NCBI GenBank assembly: GCA_900299255.1
Contig: OMJB01000077.1
Coordinates: 8,674 to 72,673, forward strand
Length of the DNA: 64,000 bases
Direction of reading: 5' to 3'
Origin: Sphingobacteriales bacterium
Lineage (GTDB): Bacteria; Bacteroidota; Bacteroidia; Chitinophagales; Chitinophagaceae
The translations under genes were made by a program, and so were the position numbers. The notes beneath the pieces are model-generated. The model had not been told where the DNA came from. It saw nothing but the letters and a program-made list of their open reading frames with translations, and ran no database searches. Shown here one piece after another: positions 8,576-18,200 of this stretch (positions are counted from its first letter, which is position 1; each line of letters begins with the position of its first letter).

Positions 8576-8620
8576 CACTCCAATTGAGCTCACGATTGTA
8601 CGAATTTTAATTTTAGCTAG

Positions 8621-9364
8621 ATGAAAATATTAGTTTGTATTTGCCCCGTTCCTGATACCACCACCAAGGTGGCTTTCGCCGACAACAATACCCATTTCAG
8701 CACAGCAGGAGTTACCTTCATCATCAATCCTTACGATGAGTGGTATGCACTGGTTCGTGCACTGGAATTTAAAGAAGCAGGCATCGCTACCGATGTACAC
8801 ATGGTAACTGTAGGCAAAGCTGATGCTGAGCCGGTTATCCGCAAAGCACTTGCACTGGGTGGCGACGAAGCCATCCGTATAGATGCCGAGAGCGGTGATA
8901 CATTTACTGTTGCAGCTCAGATAGCTGAGTACGCAAAAACCGTTGGTTACGACATGGTGCTCTGCGGCAAGGAGTCAATTGATTACAACAACGGCTCTGT
9001 AGGCGCTATGATCGCTGAGCTGCTGGATATGAACTACATAGGTTTCGCTGCTAAACTGGACGTTGCCTCTGGCGTGGCCACTGTGGTACGCGAGATAGAG
9101 GGCGGCGAAGAAACTGATACGTGTGCATTGCCGCTGGTGGTTTCCTGCCAGAAGGGTATGTCGGAAGCGCGTATACCCAATATGCGCGGCATTATGGCAG
9201 CCCGCACCAAGCCGCTCAAAGTAGTGGCGTCTGCAGCCATCAGTGCCGTAAGCAGCATAGTGGCATACGAAATGCCGCCTGCAAAATCTGGTGTAAAAAT
9301 GATCTCCGCCGACAATATGGACGAGCTGGTAAGCCTGCTCCATAACGAGGCCAAAGTGATCTGA
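8621..9364 (+). CDS. etfB: electron transfer flavoprotein subunit beta
   Basis: 247 aa. MKILVCICPVPDTTTKV... N-terminus, ...NPYDEWYALVRALEFKE..., and the size and position immediately upstream of etfA are typical. Confidence 0.9.
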   Translation: MKILVCICPVPDTTTKVAFADNNTHFSTAGVTFIINPYDEWYALVRALEFKEAGIATDVHMVTVGKADAEPVIRKALALGGDEAIRIDAESGDTFTVAAQIAEYAKTVGYDMVLCGKESIDYNNGSVGAMIAELLDMNYIGFAAKLDVASGVATVVREIEGGEETDTCALPLVVSCQKGMSEARIPNMRGIMAARTKPLKVVASAAISAVSSIVAYEMPPAKSGVKMISADNMDELVSLLHNEAKVI

Positions 9365-9431
9365 TCACCGGGAGAAATGTCCTCATTGAGCTTTTGACTT
9401 TTTAACTTTTAACTTTTTGAATTAATAAAAA

Positions 9432-10406
9432 ATGAGCGTCCTCGTTTTAGTTGAACATACAAATGGTGCCTTCAAGAAAAAATCTCTTGAGGCTGTACAA
9501 TATGCTGCACACATAGCTAAGGAAACCGTCACATCTGTTACTGCAGTTGCTGTGGGCAATATTGCCGATGCTGCCATGCAGGAGCTGGGTGCCTATGGCG
9601 CACAAAAAGTATTGAATGCAACTGACGCACGCCTGGAGCATTTCATTTCGCGTGCGTATACCAAAGTAATGCTGGCCGCCGCCCAGAAGGAAGGAGCAAA
9701 GGTGATTGTAGGCCTGCATGATACAGTAGGCAAGGCTGTAAGCCCACGCCTGGCGGCACGCCTTGGTGCCGGCCTGGCAGCAGGCGCTGTTGCTTATCCC
9801 GACCTATCTAAAGGATTCGTGGTAAAGAAAACAGTATTCTCAGGCAAGGCTTTTGCATTCGTTAGCATCACCAGCGATGTAAAAGTTATTACCCTCATGC
9901 CCAATACCTTTGCAGTGGTAAAAGGCGAGGGCAGTGCAACAGTTGAGAAACTGGATGTATCATTCAGTGATGCTGACTTCGCAGTTCAGGTAAAAGAAGT
10001 AGCAAAAGCATCGGGTGCAGTACCGCTTTCTGAGGCCGAACTGGTAGTGAGTGGAGGCCGCGGTATGAAGGGCCCTGAGAACTGGCATGTGCTCGAAGAC
10101 CTGGCTAAAGAACTGGGTGCAGCTACTGCCTGTTCGCGCCCGGTAGCTGATAGCCACTGGCGCCCGCATAATGAACACGTAGGCCAAACCGGCGGCACCA
10201 TACGCCCTAACCTCTATATTGCAGTAGGTATCTCCGGTGCTATACAGCATCTGGCAGGTGTTAATGGTTCTAAGACTATCGTTGTTATCAATAAAGATCC
10301 GGAAGCACCGTTCTTCTCAGCCGCCAATTACGGCGTACTGGGCGATGCCATGGAGATTGTACCTAAGCTTACGGAAGCCGTTAAAAAATTCAAGGCGGGG
10401 CATTAA
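9432..10406 (+). CDS. etfA: electron transfer flavoprotein subunit alpha
   Basis: 324 aa. C-terminal FAD-binding signature [35 protein letters not shown]. Confidence 0.9.
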   Translation: MSVLVLVEHTNGAFKKKSLEAVQYAAHIAKETVTSVTAVAVGNIADAAMQELGAYGAQKVLNATDARLEHFISRAYTKVMLAAAQKEGAKVIVGLHDTVGKAVSPRLAARLGAGLAAGAVAYPDLSKGFVVKKTVFSGKAFAFVSITSDVKVITLMPNTFAVVKGEGSATVEKLDVSFSDADFAVQVKEVAKASGAVPLSEAELVVSGGRGMKGPENWHVLEDLAKELGAATACSRPVADSHWRPHNEHVGQTGGTIRPNLYIAVGISGAIQHLAGVNGSKTIVVINKDPEAPFFSAANYGVLGDAMEIVPKLTEAVKKFKAGH

Positions 10407-10437
10407 TCAATACTCTTTTAATGATGTATATACAAAT

Positions 10438-10456
10438 CCGGCAATAGCCGGCTTTG
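10438..10456 (+). terminator. weak stem-loop after etfA
   Basis: CCGGC-aata-GCCGG followed by CTTTGTTG. The stem is short. Confidence 0.35.
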
Positions 10457-10493
10457 TTGTAAAACACAATATTTATTTGGTTTTTTCGTTTTG

Positions 10494-10511
10494 TAACGTA
10501 TATTTACGTTA
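10494..10511. promoter_or_regulatory. palindrome abutting the BlaI-family repressor start codon (candidate autoregulatory operator)
   Basis: TAACGTA-tatt-TACGTTA, perfect 7-bp arms. The right arm ends on the A of the ATG at 10511. BlaI/MecI/CopY repressors bind dyads at their own promoters. Confidence 0.4.
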
Positions 10512-10885
10512 TGAAACGGAAAACTTCATTACCAACACTTACCAAAGCAGAAGAAGAAGTCATGCACATCATCTGGCAACTGGGCCGCTGCCTGGTGCGT
10601 GATATTATAGATCAGCTAGGCGACCCCGATATGCCCCACAGCACTGTTTCGTCAGTTGTGCGCATACTCGAAAAGAAGGGCTTTGTAGATCACAAGGCTT
10701 ACGGCAAAACTCATGAATATTTCCCCATAGTTGCCAGGGAAGAATACGCACAGGCTTGCGTAAAAAGCCTGATAGAAAAGTATTTCAGCGGATCGCCAAA
10801 AAAGCTCGTAAGCTTTCTGGTAAAAAGCGAGGACATGAACCTGAAGGAACTCAACCAGTTATTTAAAGATATTGATGCAAAATGA
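10511..10885 (+). CDS. BlaI/MecI/CopY-family transcriptional repressor
   Basis: 124 aa. LTKAEEEVMHIIWQLGRCLVRDIIDQL....HSTVSSVVRILEKKGFVDHKAYGKTHEYFPIV is the winged-helix Penicillinase_R pattern. It sits upstream of an M56 sensor gene. Confidence 0.85.
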   Translation: MKRKTSLPTLTKAEEEVMHIIWQLGRCLVRDIIDQLGDPDMPHSTVSSVVRILEKKGFVDHKAYGKTHEYFPIVAREEYAQACVKSLIEKYFSGSPKKLVSFLVKSEDMNLKELNQLFKDIDAK

Positions 10886-10957
10886 GTGCTTAACTGTATC
10901 CATTCCCCGCTGCGGGCTTGGAAAGACTGCATTATTGTTCACCATTAAACAAACATC

Positions 10958-12521
10958 ATGATACAATACCTCATCAACACATCTGCCATTTGGCTACTGA
11001 GCCTGGTTATGTTCGATCTGTTTCTGCGCCGTGAAAGCTACCATAACTACAACCCTTTTTTACTTGCTGTTTACATTTTTACTGGGCGCACTGTTTCCAC
11101 TTATACAGTTTCAGGATGGCAGCCGAATTCTGCCTGCTGTTCTCGATGTACCTGTGGGCAGAGTAATTGCTGCAAAAGAAAATGTAATCGAGGCCACAGG
11201 ATTTTTTAGCAGTTTTAACTGGGAAGAATGGCTTGCGTACCTCTACATCGCCGGTGCGGCAGTTGCGCTGCTGCTGATCGCCGAGGTGTTCAAATTGATC
11301 TCGTTCTACCGCTCAGGCAGTACATCTTACCAACAAAGGTGGACTGTAATAGAAACAGGCAAGGATCACGCTCCGTTCTCTTTCAGAAATACACTTTTTG
11401 TGTGCACCACAGCACAATACAGTTCTGAAGAATGGCAAATGATACTGGCTCATGAAAAAAGACATGCCGGCTTGTTCCACTTTGCCGACCTGTTAATTAT
11501 GCAGCTGGCACGTATTGTATTCTGGTTTCACCCGCTGGTATACATGTACAATAACCGGCTGCTGCTGGTACATGAGTATCAGGCCGACAGGGCATCAGCA
11601 GTGCAGCCACAGCATTACAGCAGGTTTCTCGTAGAGCAGGCTTTGCTGCAATCCGCACCATCTATTTCTCATTCATTCAATCGTTCACCCATAAAAAACC
11701 GGATATCTATGCTTTACCGCAAATCATCTGCCGCATCCAGAACCAAGATGCTCGTTTTCATACCACTCGCATTGGTATGCCTTGTCTGTTTTTCCAAAAA
11801 CACCTTTTCACAGCACTTCAAAAAGAATGGCAATATTGTCACCTATCGCGGCAACAAAATCGAGTTGTCAGAACTTACTCTTGACACAGTCACAGTTATT
11901 GATCCTGTAACAGGTAAGGAATTGATGAAAGTGTTGCGACACGACCCTGCTCCTATAAAAATGAACGGCAAAAAAATTACAGACTTTTACGATGAAGGGC
12001 CTGCTTATACCGGCAGTTAGAAAGACCTGAGAAACTACCTTCTGCTCAACATGAGGCATGAACTTGGCAAACTGGATAATGGCAGCTACCGCCTGGATAT
12101 TTCCAATATCGTTATTGACGAACATGGAAAAATTGCCTACTTCGATTTTCATGAAATGAAACGGAGCAAAACCTCAGATGAGATCAAAGACGTGAAGCCC
12201 GCACCAGCTACAAACATCGTCAATGCCTCCGACCCAAAAATCAATGTCTCCATTACAGATGGGCCAAAAGCAGGCACTACAGCCACACTCGTCAGGAATA
12301 CAGACCCTGCATTTTATGCACCAGTTAAAAAAGAACTACAGGAAGAAATTTTCAATAAAGTCTGCCGCCTGATGGAAACTGCACCAGCATTCAGGCCAGG
12401 AACAGAGAAAGGAAAGAAGGTAATTTCCATTTATCATCTGGTGGACTTTTGGAACAATTTTAAATTAGAAAACCACAAGCTATACGACGTCAACAATAAG
12501 GGCGAGTATGTTGAACTGTAA
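10958..12521 (+). pseudogene. BlaR1-like M56 peptidase/sensor with a TonB-C-like tail, disrupted by one frameshift and one in-frame TAG
   Basis: Three pieces. 10958-~11055 gives TM1 (MIQYLINTSAIWLLSLVMFDLFLRRESYHNYN). A +1 frame from ~11056 carries the M56 zinc motif (ILAHEKRHAGLFHFADL ... VHEYQADRAS) and ends at TAG 12018-12020. The same frame continues (KDLRNYLLLNMRHELGKLDNGSYRLDISNIVIDEHGKIAYFDF) to 12521. The frame switch coincides with the T6 run at 11056-11061. Confidence 0.75.
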
Positions 12522-12532
12522 CCCCTTCGAAC

Positions 12533-12576
12533 AAAAAAAAACAAAAGCGCCGGTATTCCTGCGCTTTTGTTTTTTG
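12533..12576. terminator. bidirectional intrinsic terminator between convergent genes
   Basis: A-run, then ACAAAAGCGC-cggtattcct-GCGCTTTTGT, then TTTTTG. Confidence 0.75.
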
Positions 12577-12597
12577 TAAAATAGCTATTATTTTTTG

Positions 12598-14700
12598 TTA
12601 GTTTTTCACCGGAAGATACCCATAGTTCTTACCGTATTCCATATGCTGCTGATAGAAGTTATCCGGATATTCCACTTTCACATCAGTAATATCAGCGCCA
12701 TTCATTACTGGCACTAATTTAGGCTGTATAAAGCCCCTGTATGGCTTTATACCCAGCTTGGTAAAGCGTTCCAGCACTTCTTTATGCAGCACAGGGTCTA
12801 CTTTCACACCATAGGTTTCCACCAGGTTTTTACCACCATTATAATCACCCTCAGATTTCACACGCTGGATCTCCTTTAGCAACTGTCCAAACAGATCACG
12901 CAGTTTGTTGTAGTCATTCACCTGTACATAGGTTTTGCCGTTTTTCTTCACAAACTCTACTACATTGTCTTTCTTGCCATGCTCATATACCCAGTGTGCA
13001 TTCAGCGCGCGATTGCGCATGTGGGCTTCTTCCAGCTGGTCGCCTGGTTTTATGCGTGTCAGCTGTGTCATCAGTCCGTTCATCATGTAGCTGTCGTATT
13101 CTGCCATAGCTACATCAAGGCTGGGCATTACACCAATCTCAACGAGCTTTTTATCCATGATAAAGTACAGCCCCACCAGGTCGGCACGGGCTTCTTCGAG
13201 GCAGCTGGCATAGTTCTTTAGCGTTACATCGGTCGTCTTTACATTAGGGTTCAGCTGACCAGACGCATGCCCTATGCACTCATGCATATCGGTATGCAGG
13301 TCAGAGGCAAGAGGGCCGTATTTTTTCAGGCGTTGCATCACAGTATCGTTCACTGCAAATTCATCCAGCATTCCGCTTTTCGATCCGCTTACGTTGTAAG
13401 AATGAATGATATTGCTGAGCGATACCGATTTGGAGCCGTGCGACTTCCTAATCCATTCAGCATTCGGCAGGTTGATGCCTATTGGTGTGCTTGGCGCTGC
13501 ATCACCGCTCTCTACAATAACTGTAATAGCCTTTGCTGTTATCCCTTTTACAGTTTTCTTTTTGTGCTCCGGCATTATTGGTGAATTGTCTTCAAACCAC
13601 TGCGCCTGATTGGCTATCGCCTCAATACGCTTGGTTTCTTCCATGTCTTTCAGTGATACGGTACTTTCAAAGCTGGCCTTCTTGCCTATTGCATCCAGAT
13701 ACACTTCAATAAATCCATTCACCGCATCTATCCTAGATGAAGTCTTTACCCAACTGATGTTGTAGTCGTCCCATACCTTCAGGTCTCCGGTTTTGTAATA
13801 TTGCACCAACAGCTCCAGCGATTTCTTTTGCTCTGCGTCTTCTGCCACAGACACAGCTTTCTCAAGCCATCCAATAATTTTATCAATGGCTCCGCCATAC
13901 ATGCCACCGCTCTTCCAGGTTTTTTCTACTACCTGCCCGTTCTCCTTCATCACCTTGCTGTTCAGCCCCCACGATGGTGCGCTGTCGCTTGCCGGGAATT
14001 TGGAATAAAACGCTTCAACTTCTTTCTGGGTTACTCCTTCATAAAAGTTATTCGAAGAGTTGGCTACATTATCAATGTTAGGGCGCTGATCTACTACTTT
14101 AGGCTCAAAGTTCATGTCGTACACAATAGGCTTGATCCTCTCCAGAAAGGCATCAACAGTTTCACCCTTCTCCATAGGCAGCGACTCTGGCTTTGAACCC
14201 TTAACTACCGCCGAAAAATATTCCCAGGAACAATCAGGTATAAACTTAATGTTACTGTAATGATGGTGATTGCCGTTGCTGAACCACACTCTGCCACAAT
14301 ACTCCTCAAACTTCTTCCAGTTATCAGGTGATGCATCTTTTTGATGATCGTATGTGCCATACATACCTTCTATTGTTTTGCGCAGCAACAATCCGTACTT
14401 GCTTTTCTGGTCGTAGATCATGTCGCGGCCACATAGTGCTGCTTCATACATGTAATAGGCCAGTTTTTTCTGCTGCAGGCTCAGCCCATTAAAGCCGGGA
14501 ATCTCGTACCTGAGTACTTGCAGGTCAGCAAAAGATTCAGCTTCTACCTTAAAATTCGGGTCGTAGCCCGAGGCCTTTACAGTTGTATCTGCCTTTGTAT
14601 TATTCATATTGTTGCCAACATCATTGCAGCCAGAACTGAACATTTGTGTAGTCATTGCCATCACGGAAATAGCCCATTTCAAGTTAATATTGTATTTCAT
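12598..14700 (-). CDS. dipeptidyl-peptidase III-like zinc metallopeptidase (M49 family), lipoprotein
   Basis: 700 aa. HECIGH (HExxGH) plus EEARAD (EExR[AK][ED]) are the two M49 zinc motifs. N-terminal signal with a Cys (MFSSGCND). Confidence 0.85.
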   Translation of the reverse strand: MKYNINLKWAISVMAMTTQMFSSGCNDVGNNMNNTKADTTVKASGYDPNFKVEAESFADLQVLRYEIPGFNGLSLQQKKLAYYMYEAALCGRDMIYDQKSKYGLLLRKTIEGMYGTYDHQKDASPDNWKKFEEYCGRVWFSNGNHHHYSNIKFIPDCSWEYFSAVVKGSKPESLPMEKGETVDAFLERIKPIVYDMNFEPKVVDQRPNIDNVANSSNNFYEGVTQKEVEAFYSKFPASDSAPSWGLNSKVMKENGQVVEKTWKSGGMYGGAIDKIIGWLEKAVSVAEDAEQKKSLELLVQYYKTGDLKVWDDYNISWVKTSSRIDAVNGFIEVYLDAIGKKASFESTVSLKDMEETKRIEAIANQAQWFEDNSPIMPEHKKKTVKGITAKAITVIVESGDAAPSTPIGINLPNAEWIRKSHGSKSVSLSNIIHSYNVSGSKSGMLDEFAVNDTVMQRLKKYGPLASDLHTDMHECIGHASGQLNPNVKTTDVTLKNYASCLEEARADLVGLYFIMDKKLVEIGVMPSLDVAMAEYDSYMMNGLMTQLTRIKPGDQLEEAHMRNRALNAHWVYEHGKKDNVVEFVKKNGKTYVQVNDYNKLRDLFGQLLKEIQRVKSEGDYNGGKNLVETYGVKVDPVLHKEVLERFTKLGIKPYRGFIQPKLVPVMNGADITDVKVEYPDNFYQQHMEYGKNYGYLPVKN

Positions 14701-14777
14701 CAGGGGAATTAATTGATTGGCATAAATTTACTTTAATCCCGCAACTTTCGGCATCATTATCTGCTATTTTTGCGACA

Positions 14778-15224
14778 GTGAAAAAAATAATAACTGTCGC
14801 CCACGTCTGTTTCGCTGCTGTGATAGCCGCATCATGTAACAGCTCCACCCATGTAGCAAACACAGGTGAAGCCTATAGCAAGCTGCCAAAACCCGGTTAT
14901 GTTGTAGCTGCTGATTCTATGGAGGCAACTACGCCCGACAAGCTGAACCACTTCTTTTTTACAGTAAGAGTGATTGCGGACAGCAATATTGCATCAGGAG
15001 TATATGATGTTGATGCTGACTTTGGCCCCAATTTCTCAACTAGTCAATTTACGATGCCCAAAGGAGCCGAAACGCTGACACCAATATTAAGAAAAGGCAG
15101 CGCACCTTATACTTTTATAGTAGGGTTCAAGGTAAAAGATGACACCACGTTTTATGACTACTTTGAGGTAAGCAGTAACGGCCATGCTACCAAAATGCAG
15201 TATATCAAGGCTTATACTCTTTAA
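14778..15224 (+). CDS. hypothetical lipoprotein
   Basis: 148 aa. Lipobox-like AAVIAASCNSS. GTG start per the ORF track. No recognisable domain. Confidence 0.55.
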   Translation: MKKIITVAHVCFAAVIAASCNSSTHVANTGEAYSKLPKPGYVVAADSMEATTPDKLNHFFFTVRVIADSNIASGVYDVDADFGPNFSTSQFTMPKGAETLTPILRKGSAPYTFIVGFKVKDDTTFYDYFEVSSNGHATKMQYIKAYTL

Positions 15225-15264
15225 AAGCAAAAACCATCAGAATCAACTGATGGTTTTTGCTTTT
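15223..15264. terminator. bidirectional intrinsic terminator
   Basis: Perfect 18-bp stem AAAAGCAAAAACCATCAG-aatcaa-CTGATGGTTTTTGCTTTT between convergent genes. Confidence 0.85.
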
Positions 15265-15283
15265 ATCAATGTTACTTTCGATA

Positions 15284-18200
15284 TTACCTTATCAGGGTTA
15301 CGTCGCCTTTCTGTTCCAGTGTTTTACCACCGCAGTCATACTTAAGCACGTAGTAGTAAACACCCATATCCTGAGGTACACCATTGTATTTACCATCCCA
15401 TCCCATTACTGAGCTGTTGGCAGATTCGAAGATAGTCTGTCCCCAACGGTTCATAATACGGAACAAATGGAACCTGTGGTAACCTGCTACATATGGCTTG
15501 AATACATTATTCTCATCAGGCCCTGAGCCATTTGGAGTAAATGCATTCGGGAATGCTATCAGGCAGCATGAACCGGCATCTACATCCATGCTTGTTGTAG
15601 CATAACATCCAAATGGATCAGTTACTTTGAGTGTAATTACATTCTTCACTTCTTCCATTTTGCCCCATGCAGTAGCCTGATTCAGGTTATTGAAGTCATG
15701 CTCAGGGCCCCAAACGTATGAATAGTTCAGGTTGTTAATCCTGGCAGTGAATTCAACGCTGTCTTCAAGGCAGATACCATGAGGATGCTGGGAAGAAATG
15801 CTGAAACCTGGATCAGGGCTTGTATGCACTAACACCGTATCAAACGTTGGCAATGATTTACAGCCTTCTGCTGATGAGCTGGTTATTTTGATAACGTGAC
15901 GGCCACTGTCAACCCATGAAATAGAGTAAGGGCCGCCAGTATTTGAATTGCTGGTTACGATACTCAGAGCTGTTGAAGCATCCATTATCACATTGTCAAT
16001 AAACCATTTGTAAGTGTACGCATCATCTGACCGGGAAACCAGAGACAGCTCTACTGTGTCTCCCAGGCACACATCCTGCTTGGTGTAAGCTATCATTGTA
16101 GGCTGAGGTACAACTTTAATACGAATCTGAGCATCAGAGTAGCAGAAGCCACTGTCATCACTTGCACGAAGCGTGATATAGTTATTCTGGTCTACAGAGT
16201 CGAACCGCACAGTAATCATAGAGTCTCCCGCATTTGAATTACCTGCGAAATGAACCCCATTTGGCAAAGTCCAGTTATAACCTGGCTCAAACAACGCTGG
16301 GCCCTGATATGCCATCTGCAGTGAATCGAACTGGCATACCCATGGCTTTCCGGCATTAATAATAAAGTCGGGCTTATAAACGACTTCTACCCTCAATGCT
16401 GCACTGTCACTTTCACAACCAGTAGCATCATTAGGCACAGTCTGGCTAACCCACCAAGTAGTAAAGCCAGGAACTGTATCTGTGAACGGTTTAGGTGATG
16501 GCTGCAATGCAATACTATTAAAATACCAGTTCAGGTGTGAGTGGAATTCACTGTCCACACGCTCGTTCAACGGACGAGCAAAGTCATGCTGGCAGTACCT
16601 GATATCGTGAGTTACAGGCGGTTCGGGTTTCAGCTTAATTACAACTTTATCAACCGCACTATCACTGATACAACCCCATGGAACTGTAGTCTCTGTTATG
16701 TAGTATAAAATTGTGTCCGGTGCTACAGAAGAACTTGGCGTAGGTGCTGTTGGGTATCCACTAGTAACGCCCGGGCCGTAGTATGTGAGCACATCACCAG
16801 CACCACTTGGGGCTACCTGAATAGGGCCTGGCGTGCGGTACTGGCACCAAGGTGTTGGTGTTACAACCGGTGGCGCTGGTTTAGGATGAATAGTGAACGA
16901 TGTTGGAGTACGTGGGCCTTCACAACCAGAATCAATTCGGCTAACCCAGTAGTTTGTAGTTCCGGTTACATTAATGTTTGGAAGCGGCTCAATAAACGTT
17001 GGCACTCCGCCAACTGACACAGTGTACCAGGCAGCCGAATCAGAAGGCGTAATTGTCAAAGGAACAATTGGCCCAATAAACTGGCAGTAATCCTGAATAC
17101 CAGTAACAACCGGAGCAAGCGGCGTTGTTACAACTCTAACTGTGTCAATACCCCTGAGGCTTTCGCAGTTGCCATCTTTCTGGCTAGCCCACACTATGTA
17201 CAAGCCCGGCACAGCAGTAGTGTATACCGGTGCCACCAGTGAACTGGTTCCTCCTGTAGGTGCTGACCACCAATATACAGTAGCACCCGGATTGATACCC
17301 GTTACTGAATAAGGCGCATACACCTGCCCCTGGCAGTAATAAGGCTGATTAATAATAACCGGCGGCAAAGGCCTTGGTATCATACGGGCACGGGTTGTTG
17401 CCGTATCCTTACAACCATACGGGCTTGTTACTACTACTGTGTAATCGCCTGTATCTACATCAACAAAAGGAGCAATATTAGGATTTTGCAATGATGAAGT
17501 ATACGCTGGCGGGCCATTCCATGCATAAGTCATACCCAGCATACCTGGGCTGCACGTAAGCCTGAGCGTATCATTTGCTCCCTGGCAAAGCGGCCCGTTA
17601 TTGGTAAGCGTAATAACAGGCTTGTGATGTACTACTGCTGCGATACTATCGGTATCACTTACACCTGACAAAGTTCTGATCACAAAGAACTTAGCAGAAT
17701 CAGCATAAGTTGCCGGATAGATAAATGGATTCTGCTGAGTGCTTGTATAACCACCAGGCCCATACCAGAAATAGGTACAACCGGTTGAATCACCTACGCG
17801 CCTCAGGAACAATGTATCTCCGTAACATGGCTCATTAGCACGAACGTTGTTACAGCTGATTATGGTGAGTAACATAGTCCTGGTCTGACAGGTTGCCGCA
17901 TCAACACCAGTAATTGTATAAGTAATTGAAGGCGGCAATACCGTTGTGTAAATGATATTATGAACGCCAGTGGTAGCAGCCAGGCCCAAAGAAGGCGACC
18001 ATGTCCATGTGCTCCATGTCCAGGCCTTTTCATCGCTATACAGAACGTCTGCCGGTACAGCAGTTAAGCCAGGGTGGGCACAAGCGTTATAAGTATCAAC
18101 TACAACATTGGGGTACGGTGCAGGAGCTACCGCTACAGAACCACCTATAGCAAGCGCTGGCTCAGGGAATGCACCAACACTATCCAATCCAGTAACACCA

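Noticed and set aside
8015-8587. Four overlapping 61-83-aa ORFs lie in the priA-etfB gap.
   Set aside because: They overlap one another in different frames and strands, have no protein-like composition or motifs, and lack start context. I treat the region as non-coding (see the ACCGGAAG finding).
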